DNA from: Alloascoidea hylecoeti | Lineage: Eukaryota | DNA: 64,000 bases | Reading direction: 5' to 3' | Assembly: GCA_001600815.1 (NCBI GenBank) | Contig: BCKZ01000003.1 | Coordinates: 1,041,474 to 1,105,473, forward strand | Shown: positions 50,802-62,342 of the stretch, piece by piece | How the letters are laid out: every line of letters starts with the position of its first letter | Position numbering within the stretch: the stretch's first letter is position 1 | Notes under the pieces: generated by a model | The model's input: the letters and a program-made list of their open reading frames with translations, nothing else | The model's database searches: none | What the model was told of the DNA's origin: nothing | Made by a program: the position numbers and the translations under genes

Positions 50802-51320
50802 TTAATTTTTAAACACTTGTTTATGTGTTTAATTTTATTTTTTAATGATCCTATAAATTATGAGCATATGCCTTCTTTAGTATCATCATCACAATTAGCA
50901 TATAGTAACGCTATAATAAAAGGAAATCGACTTTGTATATACACCTATAAATTTGAAATTTAATATTTTTTTCAGTTTTCTCAGTGTTTAGCAATTTAGA
51001 GCTTGTAAAAAATCTATAATTAGTTATGTTGAAATTCCGAAACATGCTTTCATTACACTTAACTTTCGGCTGTTTGCTTAAATAAGTTGTGATTGCCAAG
51101 AATAATTGAAATTATAAGGCTTAATTATATTCTAGATTGTAGATTGCCATATGCATATTAAAATGGTAGGCTCACTCTTGGGAATCTACATCATATAAAG
51201 ACCTATAATTATAGAATCTATCATGTAGTATAGTAAATGCAAGAGTTTATACAGAATTAAAGAAAACTATAATACATCTGTGAATTATAGACATATGACC
51301 AATTGGCAATAGTGAAGAAC

Positions 51321-51758
51321 TCACTTAGAATTTAAATACTTCTCAGCAGATTTATCAAATTTCTCAGCCATATCAAAATCAAGCAACGTTAAGTCATTTA
51401 AATCATCCGTTGTAAGTACAATTGCGACTTTATTGTATTGCTTCTTAATTGTTAGTTTGTGGATTAACATCAATGTAAACAAAAAAATACATACATTGAC
51501 AATAACAGGATGATGTTTTTTCAAGTGGCTGAGAAGTGAAACTTCAGTTAGAAAAGCATTTGCAGTACTAAATGATTTAAATTGATAATTTTTCAATATG
51601 GAATTTTGAGTTTTTTGAATGGAGATGAAATCATTTGAAAAGTTCGTTTGCATAGCCTTGTTTTGTTTCAACAAAAACCATCCTCTTCCAGCAACCACCT
51701 TGATCTTTTGTGCCAAGATGTCAGGAGATGGTATGACTTTCAAAGCCTTGTAAGACAT
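51321..51758 (-). CDS. Pterin-4a-carbinolamine dehydratase family protein with one in-frame intron (51494-51444 or 51494-51441)
   Basis: Y.FKSF..A..F...V......HHP...N|YNKV...LTT pattern. GTATGT donor, ACTAAC branch, AAGAAG acceptor. Confidence 0.85.
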   Translation of the reverse strand: MSYKALKVIPSPDILAQKIKVVAGRGWFLLKQNKAMQTNFSNDFISIQKTQNSILKNYQFKSFSTANAFLTEVSLLSHLKKHHPVIVNVCIFLFTLMLIHKLTIKKQYNKVAIVLTTDDLNDLTLLDFDMAEKFDKSAEKYLNSK

Positions 51759-52045
51759 AATATATAATTATATATGATAGTATTATTACTAAATACTCAG
51801 TTGAAACTTCAAAGTTTGGCCGGGGCTTGAGGGGTGTATGGGCGTATTGCAACTGATGGAATCGATAAAAATATAAACAATTGTTGACATGTACGCATGC
51901 ATGGAATTAATTTCTTTCTTTTCCACCAAATATACTTATAAAAAAATCTATTTTACTCGAGTTATTAAGTTTTGAAATATTTATCTTTTGGTTTTTGTTT
52001 AACTTTTGTTTTATTTTTCAATTCTATTGTTTTTTGAAGTGAGAA

Positions 52046-53969
52046 ATGTGTGGGTCTCAATATCCGGATCATGAACATGAATATAAGCAGGAAGCTGCAG
52101 ATTCATATCCCGACACTAATTATGATGATATTCATCCCGAAGATTATTCAGGTAAGTAGTTTCTCCTCTATTTTTTTCATATATTCTTCTTCTGAGTTTT
52201 AATTCTAACACTAGTTGCTCATGTCAATAGATTCTCCAAATGTTTCACCAACGATATCTGTCTCAAATATACCTGTTTCTTTTACTCCACAATTATTAGC
52301 TACTATGTTTTCACTTTCCGGATCCATATCTTCCTGTAAGCTCATAAACAACTACAATGCTAATAAAAATCTACCATTAACTGCTATTATTACATATGCC
52401 ACATTATCCAGTGCAATTAAAGCAGAAAAACAATTCAATGGATTTTGGTTACGAGGCACTACATTTACTGAGAAATTAATAGTTTGTTTTGTACCAGATA
52501 TCGAAGATTATGAAATTGATGTTTTGCAACAATTAATGAGCCTAAATGATGGTATTGAAAAAAAAAAAAAAAACAATTCTGAAATTAATAATGATTCTTC
52601 AAATAATTCTCGTCGTAGCTCAACTAAAGATTGTTTTTCAGTTGGTTCTGTGTTGCAGATGTTTATTAATAATGCTATACCTTCTATACCTTTAAAACAA
52701 ATAAAACAAATATTATCAACTTTCGGAAATTTACAGTTCTTCACAACTTCTGAACTATTAGAAATCCCACCTCTTGAAGAAATAGAAAAATCATTACCTT
52801 TATCAAACAATATAGTTGATGATGTTAATAGAATTGATGAAGATGAAGATCTTAAAGAGGGTGGTACAAACCCGGAAATTGAACAAAAAACGTTAATATC
52901 CCTAAATTCAGAATTAATTATTTATTTTTCATTTTTAAATACAAATGATAATATTAAATTATTACAAAATTTAAATAATATTCCGGATCCATTTTTTAAC
53001 ATTATATTACCTATTTTCCCATTAATTTCAACATCAAATCCAATGTCTTTAGATCCTGCTCATCCACATTTAGAATCTTTTAAATATCAAGATACAAATC
53101 TTTATATTAGAAATTTGCATGAATCAATTTCAGATTTTTCATTATCAAGAATTTTTGGAGAATTTGGAAAAATTGTTTCAGCAAAAGTCATAACTGATGA
53201 TAAAACTAAAAATTCAAAAAGCTGTCAATATGGATTTGTTTGTTTTGAAACTCATCAAGAAGCAGAAGTTGCACAATTAAAAATGAATGATACTATATTA
53301 TATGGTTTACAATTACATGTATCTTTTGCAAGAAGGAGAGATCGGAATAAAAAATATCATTCAAAAGTTTCTTCTTCGAATTCAAAAATAAATTTGAATA
53401 CTTCTGGAAAATCTCCTTTGAATGGAACTAATCCTCTTTCACCTGTTTCATTGCCTATGAGTTCTCCTTATAGGAGGCAACAACCGGATTACTCTCATTC
53501 TATGGGCATACCATATTATTATACTTTACAACCAGTTCCATTACAACTGGCTCCCCAACAAACTTATCCAATTTATCAATGGCCTATGAATTATAATCCA
53601 GTACCTTATAATAATAAACCTATTCATATGTCTAGAAATTTGTCTAGATCAGATAGTAAAAGTCAAAATAATCAAGAAATTGGAAATCCTGAGGATAACA
53701 ATAATGATGGATCGGGTAGATCAAAAGTTTACGTTAACAACGTGAATAATCCTTATAACTTTAACTATCCTTCATTTTTCCCACAAACATATTATAATGG
53801 TATACAATCACATAATATGCCAATATATCCAATAAATGTTAATATGATGCCTTTAAATAACGAACCATCACAATTACAAGTATATGAAAATTATAAGATT
53901 GATGGGAAATCAGGTTCAAAAAAACAAACATCTTCATCTGTTAAGGATATAAAAAATAATGTTCATTAA
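52046..53969 (+). CDS. Multi-RRM RNA-binding protein with a PABP RRM4-like domain (Rie1/Pes4/Mip6-like); exons 52046-52151 and 52231-53969
   Basis: TNLYIRNL (RNP2) and QYGFVCF (RNP1), plus a degenerate N-terminal RRM. The upstream ATG exon ends in G|GTAAGT and is in frame only with the TAG at 52228-52230. Confidence 0.8.
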
Positions 53970-54342
53970 TGTTAGCCGCCAAAACATTTGACTATTATGA
54001 ATAAGAAAATTTAAAGCGTTACTCTGGATTACAATAATTCTTTCATATAAATGATTATCACCTACGGTAAAAAGTACAAAAGTCTCTTGGTATATATTTA
54101 TATAATTAGTAGAGAAAAAAAGGATGTAATCAATATTAATTGTGACAATCTTTGTTGCAATGGTTTGTATATATTAAATTTTTTTTTTTCACCTTTTTTT
54201 AAAAAGTTTATAATTATGAATTTGATGTTTCCAATTGATGATGAAAAACGAATGCAAAAAATGATGATCAATATTATAATGATATCAGTTATATACATAG
54301 TAATAAGAAAGTATAATATATTAATGATGATATTTAATTGTA

Positions 54343-55185
54343 TCAATATACTTGTTTAACTTTCTTAACTTCTTCTATATAATGAATTAAAACACTTTCA
54401 ATTCCATTTTTTAAAGTTAAAGAAGAAGAATCACAGTTTTTACAAGCACCTTGTAATTTCAATAAAACTGTGCCATCAGGTAAAAAACCCCGGAATTCAA
54501 GATCTCCACCATCATCATGCATCATTGGTCGTATTCTCGTTTCTAAAACTTCATTTATCATTAATATTATTTCATTATCATTATCATTCTCAATACCATT
54601 ATAATGTTGAGATTTGAGATTTTGTTTCTCTTTTTGTGTATTTTCAACAGAAAATCTTTGACATTTAACATTTTTAGATAATGATTCTGAATTATTATTC
54701 CTTGTAAAGAAATTTAATAAAACAGATAATATACTTGGCTTCAATAAAGACCAATTAATATCAGATATTTTTTCAATAGTTATAAAATCTCTACCTAATA
54801 AAACACTTTCAATTCCATTAATTGCAAATAATTGTATAATTAATGGAGGTAATTGTTTAAAACGTTGAAATTGTAATCGCGAAACATTTGTAAATTCAAT
54901 TGCATTATGATTTTTTGGTAATATTGATGTACTGGGAACAAATTTTAAAGCATCTTCATTTGGTGTTAATATTGTATTAATGGATAATGATCTAAAATTG
55001 TTCTTGTTTTTTGATTGATTTGATTGATTTGGGATTACAGTTGGTCGTTGGATCTGATGATGAGTTCGTGTTTGTGCATGTGTATTAATTTGAGTTATAG
55101 AAATAATTTCATTATTGATTATCCTTGTATTGTTGAATAATGGAATGAAAAGTTGGAATTGATTGAGAATTCTTCGTTTTATCAT
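54343..55185 (-). CDS. NFU1: Mitochondrial Fe-S cluster carrier Nfu1
   Basis: TPN..ALKF N-domain; RIRP....DGGD.EF.GF..G.V.LKLQGACKNC.SS..TLKNGIE NifU domain with CxxC; presequence-like N-terminus. Confidence 0.92.
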   Translation of the reverse strand: MIKRRILNQFQLFIPLFNNTRIINNEIISITQINTHAQTRTHHQIQRPTVIPNQSNQSKNKNNFRSLSINTILTPNEDALKFVPSTSILPKNHNAIEFTNVSRLQFQRFKQLPPLIIQLFAINGIESVLLGRDFITIEKISDINWSLLKPSILSVLLNFFTRNNNSESLSKNVKCQRFSVENTQKEKQNLKSQHYNGIENDNDNEIILMINEVLETRIRPMMHDDGGDLEFRGFLPDGTVLLKLQGACKNCDSSSLTLKNGIESVLIHYIEEVKKVKQVY

Positions 55186-55657
55186 TTCCTTACTTCAGAA
55201 AAGTAGTAAAGTTAAAGAAAGGATGAATTTTGAATGGGACTTAATGATAAATCCATACATTTATTCAATGCATAAATATGATATGCATTCAGGGAAAACC
55301 TCCAAAAAATTTAGTTTCAAATTATTAACTAATTATTTTCACATCACGAGATTTTACTATTAATATCTTTTTTCATTGATATTTCTTGTTTTTTTTTTAG
55401 TCTTTATCTTTTTTTTTCGGCTTTATCAACAACCCTTAATGTTCTTAAGCCCGAAATCCCCACATTAAACAATTGAATAGATAATAAATTAACATTAATA
55501 TTGTGACTAATTATTATCTTATCTCATATTATAAATTCAAATTTCAAATCAGCATTTATAAAGAAAGAACCAAAAAGATACATAAATATTATATTCTTCT
55601 CATCAATATCAACATATATTTTATTATAGGTGGTTCAAAAAATAACATCTAATTATA

Positions 55658-56989
55658 ATGGTTGCAATTGATGATTTAAATGCTTCTAGATCTGTTCCTG
55701 CAAATTTAAACATTAATACTTTAAGTCCCCCCGCCTCAACTCCCCCTAATTCTGTAGGTAGACCAACTATAAGTATCTCATCAACACCTTCAGAAAATAA
55801 CTTTTCAACACAATCAATTGGAATAACTAAACATAATCTTAATGATAAATATGATGAGAATATGGTTGGGCCCAGATATTGTAATATTGCACCCAGATTA
55901 AGTAATACTCCAGATAATAGAGATGATTATATACCACCAGAAAAGAGAAGAAAACTTCAAGATCAATATCAATATCAAGATCAAGATCAAGATCAAGATA
56001 ATTTAACATTTGATGATGAAATAAGTACATTACTTGTAAATATAATGGTTCAGCATTCCCCATTTGGATCTCAACAAAATTCGAATGATTCATGGGGTAT
56101 AATTTCTGAAATATTATCAATTCAATTATTAGATTTAAAAGGTTTGGAAATTTTAAAAAAATTTAATATATCATCAATAAAATGTAAAAATGAATATGAA
56201 AGATTAAAACAACAAGAATATGATTGTAAATTAAATTCAAATAAACCATATTCTTTTAGTTTATCAATCGCAATGGGTCATGAGATGTTAGTTAATGAAA
56301 TGGAAAATAGATTATCATTAAGGAATAATCAATTACAAAATCAATTACAATTACAAGAAAATGATCATGATCATGATTATAATACAAATACAACAATTTC
56401 AAATATTCCATCATCTTCAACATCAAACATTATGGGGAAATTAAAAGATGCAAATTATAAAATTAAAGAATCAATGAATGATATTGAAATTTTACAAGAA
56501 GAATTAAAAAAATCTCAATCCCAATCTCAATCAGATTCAAATTCAAATTATAATGTGAAAATAAATGAAGTTTTATTAAAAAAAATTGAAAAAATTGAAA
56601 AAAAATCAGAATCATCAGAAATTGAATTTAAAAAATTAAAAAAAATTTGTAACGATATAAATTTTAAAATTAAATCAAATGAATTAAATATTTTAAACAT
56701 TAATGAAATGTTTTATGATATATCAAAAAATTTAACAAATTTAGCAAATGATTTAAATAATTATAATGAATTAATAACTAAAAAAAATAATAATTGTGAA
56801 AAAGAAAAAGAAAAAGAAAAAGAAAATGGAAATGGAAATGGAAATGAAAAAGAAAAAGAAAAAGAAAAAGAAAAAGGTTTTGCAACTATTAATAAACCAT
56901 CATCAATAAATTCTGATAATTCTTCAGATCCTATTTTAAATTCAAATGATAATTCAGATTCAAATGATAAACAAAATAATGATGAATAA
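55658..56989 (+). CDS. Uncharacterised protein with a possible Myb/SANT-like domain and coiled coil
   Basis: 443 aa. FDDEISTLLV....HSPF......SWGIISEIL...IKCKNEYERLK pattern; basic KRRK; EK and GN repeats. Confidence 0.7.
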   Translation: MVAIDDLNASRSVPANLNINTLSPPASTPPNSVGRPTISISSTPSENNFSTQSIGITKHNLNDKYDENMVGPRYCNIAPRLSNTPDNRDDYIPPEKRRKLQDQYQYQDQDQDQDNLTFDDEISTLLVNIMVQHSPFGSQQNSNDSWGIISEILSIQLLDLKGLEILKKFNISSIKCKNEYERLKQQEYDCKLNSNKPYSFSLSIAMGHEMLVNEMENRLSLRNNQLQNQLQLQENDHDHDYNTNTTISNIPSSSTSNIMGKLKDANYKIKESMNDIEILQEELKKSQSQSQSDSNSNYNVKINEVLLKKIEKIEKKSESSEIEFKKLKKICNDINFKIKSNELNILNINEMFYDISKNLTNLANDLNNYNELITKKNNNCEKEKEKEKENGNGNGNEKEKEKEKEKGFATINKPSSINSDNSSDPILNSNDNSDSNDKQNNDE

Positions 56990-57090
56990 ATAGCAATACC
57001 TAAATATTATATTATTTTCGATTTGTAGATATTTTACCCGGACATGTCTATTGTGTAATCACAAAACAATAAGTTTCTTGATAATACATA

Positions 57091-57747
57091 ATGGTTCAAA
57101 TAGTTTGTAATCAACAAATTAAAAGTCTTATTAAACAATATAATAATGATCAATCATTAAAAATTGGAATTAAAAATGAATGTATATCACATTCTCAACT
57201 TTGTTTAATATTAAGAAAATTAAATAAGATTCAAGAACTTTCAACAATTCTTAAAACTACAAAAATGAAATTTCAATCAGAAATTATGAAAAAAAAACAA
57301 CAAGAAGAAGAAATAAAGAATAAAAAACAAAAAACAAAAGAATATTTAGAATATATGGAAAAATTAAAAAATCAACAATTAGAACTAGAATATCAACAAA
57401 TGATTGGAAATATTATACCCGAACGTGTTACAATTGGATGGACAATACAAGATGAAACTCATCAAACACCATCACAAATAGCCAAAGAATTAAAATCTCA
57501 AATAACAACAGTTATAAATATTTTAATTACAGTTGTTTCTGTTTCTTATGCTGTTTGGTATTGGACTGGTAGTAGTTTTGGTTGGTCTTTATCAACAAGG
57601 ACATTATTATCTTTATTTTTTGGAATTTTAGTACTTGTTGCTGAAGTTGTTGTTTATCATGGTTATGTTACTAAAATTGATGATGCAAAGAAATTAGAAA
57701 AAGCTAAAGTAGAGGTTAAAAATATTGTGGGAAAAGTAGCTTATTAA
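57091..57747 (+). CDS. VPH2: V-ATPase assembly factor Vma12/Vph2 (TMEM199 family)
   Basis: K..EY...M.KL......EY..M, K.Q.TT..NIL..V.SV...W.W and R.LL.LF.GILVLVAEV.VY..Y..KI motifs; two TM helices. Confidence 0.9.
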   Translation: MVQIVCNQQIKSLIKQYNNDQSLKIGIKNECISHSQLCLILRKLNKIQELSTILKTTKMKFQSEIMKKKQQEEEIKNKKQKTKEYLEYMEKLKNQQLELEYQQMIGNIIPERVTIGWTIQDETHQTPSQIAKELKSQITTVINILITVVSVSYAVWYWTGSSFGWSLSTRTLLSLFFGILVLVAEVVVYHGYVTKIDDAKKLEKAKVEVKNIVGKVAY

Positions 57748-57880
57748 TTATCAATTTTTCTTTATAAGGTATACAAATATATATATAATTTATGACAAAA
57801 CTTATTCATCTGCTAAAGTTATAACTAGCTAATTATATCTCTAAATCTTATAATTAGGATATCATTGAAATTGACAAAAT

Positions 57881-59161
57881 TTAATGTAAAATAACTTCAT
57901 CATTCACAGGTTTCTTCTCATTTGATGTAAAACAAATATTATTCATTGCAAATGTTTTAAGTTTATCAACACCTTCATCAGCAGTTTCTCTCAATTCCAA
58001 CAATTTAGTAACCTTTGATTTCGGTTTATCTTTAACAGCTTCAGTACTTGGTCTATACATATGTAAAAGTTAGATTAATATTTCATCAAATGGGTATTAG
58101 GTTTTTTAAAAAAAGGCTCATACGATAATTCCAAAACCCTAAAATAACTCCATTTCATAACAACTTTATACATTTCCCAAAATTTAAAATTTGGCCATAA
58201 AACATCAACAAATTCAATTGTACAATTTTCATGACATTCCCATAACATAAAATCAGATAAACGAGTATGACCACTTGTTCTAACAAGTATATCAAGTGGT
58301 GGTGAATCTCCAGTATATAATTGTGATGTAAAAAAATCAATTGATAAATCATTTTGTTTTAATTCATTTGTTGAAATTTTTTCAACACATTTTTTCATTG
58401 CTTGTGCCATATCATCTCTACCGGTATAAGGGAAACAAATATTAAGAACATTCCTATTAAATAAAATAAAAAATTTAGGATATCGAATGTTAAAAGTTAA
58501 AAAGTTAAAAAGAAAAGTGTAAAGCGTTTAATTATTTTGTCATACTTGGTATTATGAGCTGTTAATCTCTCAGCATTTTCCATAGATTCAAGCATATCAT
58601 CAGGAAGTAAGGATCTATTTCCAAGGATTTTAATCCGAAGATTACTCTTATCAGCGAAATCACTAGATTATTATCATTTTAGTTGAAATTTTCAGGGCGT
58701 TAAAAGAGTAAAAGGGTATATCGAGAGTATTAAGCGTACCCTTCACTTGACATTTTAGTAATTCTTGTTCTGAATAAATTGAAAAGGGTATCAACTTCAA
58801 CTTTTGGACGATTAAAGTTTTCAATTGAAAAAGCGTAAATCGTGACAGTATGAATACCCAAGCGATAGGCAACATCAATAACCTAATATCAGAGAACAAT
58901 TGTTATAATTAAGTATGAAAAAAGAAAAAAAGGCCAAGTTACCTGTGATAATGATTCGGCTCCTGCGTTATGACCGTCTTTTAGTGCCATATTCTTCTGT
59001 TTGGCAAAACGGCGGTTGCCATCCATCACCAGGGCGATGTGCTTTGGAATCGGGCCAGTTCTGATGATCTTAATAAGGTAATCCTGAAAGTACGACTTGA
59101 AGTAGGAGGTGATGGGGAAGTCCATAACAAGACGGAGGGGGCTTTCGATTTTTCTAGGCAT
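57881..59161 (-). CDS. SRT1: cis-prenyltransferase (Srt1/Rer2 family); exons 59161-58943, 58882-58740, 58662-58546, 58453-58124, 58052-57881
   Basis: Motifs HIALVMDGNRRFA, YAFSIENFNR, LNICFPYT and RTSGHTRLSDFMLW.CHEN..IEF...LWPNF (Srt1-like). Four GT-AG introns give one continuous frame. Confidence 0.88.
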
Positions 59162-59382
59162 GATGAAGATGGAAAAAGAGGTTGATGGCAAAAGAAGGAA
59201 GGCAAAAGAAGAAAAGAAGAAGTAATTAGACAACTTGGGAGTGTTGTGAGATTACATGTTTATTACATAAGTGTGCATATAAGGAGTGAATTATAAAATT
59301 TATGTTTATTAGAAAAAATTGGAGTATTAAATCTGCTAAAATCCAACTTCTCCAACTTTCACTCCATATAAAACTCCTCACC

Positions 59383-61275
59383 ATGTCCAGAAAGTCCCGT
59401 ACTGGTGGCCCTCCCACCCCAACCCCCTCGGACATTAGCAATTTCAGTGAAAGCAGAAAACGCCAATCCAAAAGAGACGAGGTATGCCCCTGTGTACATC
59501 TTCAAAACATGGCATGATTTATATAAATATGTCTACCACCCCATAGGCTCTTTTACTAACGATATATTATCTTTCGGATTAAGACCATTAGGAAGAGAAT
59601 TGAAACCGATTTATCTAAAAAAAGACCACAACGTAACCTCAATAGAAAATCAAAGAAAGCTGCCCCCGGAACTGTATTGTCGTTAAAGCTCTCGGATCCG
59701 CTGGTTTGTAAATCCTCCGTCACCGTCCTCGAGGCTTCTCAAATGATGTCTGCAAAACGAGAGAACTGTGTCTTAGTAGCTGAAGATGATGGAGGTCTAC
59801 TAGGTATATTTACTGCTAAGGACCTTGCTTTCAGGGTTGTAGGAATGAACTTAAATTCCTCAACTGTAACCATTGATCAGATCATGACTTCAAATCCCGT
59901 TTGTGCAAGATCTGATACTTTGGCTTCTGATGCTTTGAATTTAATGGTTACTAAAGGTTTTAGACATTTACCAGTTTTGGATGATAATGATGAAATCTTT
60001 GGTGTTTTAGATATTACTAAATGTTATCATGAAGCAATGGAAAAATTAGATCGAGTTTTAGCAAAATCTAAAAAATTACAAAGTGCTTTAAATGCAGTTA
60101 AAAATGAAGTTGGTCAACAACAACCAGAACAAATTGTTCATTATTTTGATAATTTAAAATCTTTAATGGATGCTCCAACTGTTGGGTCAATTCTTGATGG
60201 TACTCCTCCAGTATTTGTATCTCCAAAAACAAATGTTTTAGAAGCTGCTACTTTAATGCGTGAAAATCGAACAACTGCTGTTCTTGTTCAAGATCAAGAT
60301 GAAATAACTGGGATTTTTACTAGTAAAGATGTTGTTTTAAGAGTTATATCTGCTGGTTTAGATCCAAAACTTTGTAGAGTTGTAAGAGTTATGACTCCAC
60401 AGCCTGATGTTGCTCCAAAAAATTTAAGTGTTCAATCTGCTTTACGTAAAATGAATGATGGTCATTATTTAAATTTACCAGTTGTTGATGATGATGGACA
60501 AATAATGGGAATTGTTGAAGTTTTAAAATTAACTTATGCAATATTGGATCAAATTAAAACAATTAAAACAACTGATGGTAGTGATGATCCAATGTGGAAT
60601 AAATTTTGGAGTTCAATTGATAATGATACTGAGTCAACTATTTCTGAAAGTAGAGGTGATCCTTCAATTGTTGCAAGTTCTGCTCCTGATGTTTCTCAAG
60701 CTGAATTATCTCATTTTGAATTAGGTCCAAATGATTCTGTTTCTTATATTGATCAAAGTGCTTCATTTATTGATAAATCTTATACTGGTGTTCCAGTCGA
60801 AGAAATCCCTTTCCCTTTTAAATTTAAAGCTCCAAGTGGTAGAGTTCATAGAGTAACTTTAGCACCAGGTGTTGGTGTTGATGCTTTACGTAATGCAATT
60901 GCGAGAAAATTAGCAAAAACAGAATTAAAAGTAATTGGAGGTAGTAAATTTGCAATTTCATTTATTGATGATGAAGGTGATGTTGTTGCAATTACATCAG
61001 ATCATGATTTAATTGATGCTGCTATATTATCACGTAAAGTTAATTCTGGAAAAATTGAATTAATTTTACATCATCCTGAAGAAGATCCTGAATTAACTGC
61101 ATCTGTTGTTGGATCAAGAAAATCTGATTCAATTAGAGGTAATGGTAATGGTAGAAATAATAATAAAAATTCAAATGTAATTGATGGTATTCCAAATGAA
61201 TATTTATTACCTGGGGCTGTTACTATTTTAGCTGTTTCAATTTTAATTGTTTTTGCATTTTCTCATAAAAGATAA
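59383..61275 (+). CDS. CBS-pair x2 + PB1 domain tail-anchored protein (fission-yeast Mug70-like); exons 59383-59481 and 59584-61275
   Basis: SRKRQSKRDE|TIR, GIFTAKDLAFRVV, GFRHLPV, GIFTSKDVVLRV; PB1 motifs FKFKAPSGRVHR and DDEGDVV.ITSD.DL; C-terminal TM. GTATGC/TACTAAC/AAG intron is phase 0. Confidence 0.9.
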
Positions 61276-61577
61276 ATCATTTATCATTATCCTATTAAAG
61301 GAAAGAAATAAGCATGTTTAAATTTTTTATATAATGAATTTTTGAAATGGACTTATCCACTAAATTGTATGGATTTATCATAAGTATATATATCTTTGAT
61401 GATACAGAAATATTATATGGTATTTAACGATTATAAGTAGGACTAAATTAAATGATATTACACAAATCCGTAAATATAAGAATATTCATCAATTAGAACT
61501 TAAAATTTATATACAAATTAACTTCTTAAACTTCAAACTATTTATTTACAACTTTGTATTGTGTTCTTTAAGTTTAA

Positions 61578-62342
61578 TTATTTTGTATCCTCTGTAATTA
61601 TTTCTGTTTTATTTCTATGATTATCATAAGTTATAGCATTACGAAGTAAATTTTGGTAACGTTTCTTCTTTTCTTTACCATTAATAAATTTAATAACTCT
61701 AACATTTGATCCTTCAAATTCTTCAGGGTTTAAATGAATTGCATTTGGTAATAAATCATCAAATTTTGGTTTATTAATTATATTTTTAGTAAAATAAATT
61801 TTAATATCATTAATTGTTTTTGATTTTGATATAATATAATCTGAAATATCATATCCTGTAAATTTTTGAATATTTTTAAAAATTTCAAAACGTTTTGATA
61901 AATCAGATAATTCATAATTTAAAATATCTTTAATATTTTCATTTTTATTAAAAACTTCGAAATATGCTTTTGATATAGCATTATCAACTTCATTTAATGT
62001 TGTTACTTTTTTACCTTTTTTCCAACTTGGAATTTTAAATCCATTTAATGGGATTTGAGTTATTGTTGGTTTACCAATAATTCTCAATTTAACATGTTCT
62101 TGTTTAACACCTTCAGTTTCAATTTGTTTTAAAGATTCTTTGATTGGAAGAGTTGGTAATCGTTCATCTTCAACCTTCTTACCAGGCTTCTTACGTGTAA
62201 CCCAATCTAACCATCCTTGAGAAACACCAGAAGAATGAAGATTTCTATGTATGATCAAATTTGAAAATTTTGATGATGGTTGTTGAACAACACATGCCAA
62301 CTGCCGAGGAGTAGCATTAAAAGAAAGCCGAATGAGTGACAT
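61578..62342 (-). CDS. MRPL13: Mitochondrial large-subunit ribosomal protein mL50
   Basis: Presequence-like N-terminus; L.DL..RF...K..Q..TG..I.D.......T..D motif of the L50 domain. Confidence 0.75.
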   Translation of the reverse strand: MSLIRLSFNATPRQLACVVQQPSSKFSNLIIHRNLHSSGVSQGWLDWVTRKKPGKKVEDERLPTLPIKESLKQIETEGVKQEHVKLRIIGKPTITQIPLNGFKIPSWKKGKKVTTLNEVDNAISKAYFEVFNKNENIKDILNYELSDLSKRFEIFKNIQKFTGYDISDYIISKSKTINDIKIYFTKNIINKPKFDDLLPNAIHLNPEEFEGSNVRVIKFINGKEKKKRYQNLLRNAITYDNHRNKTEIITEDTK

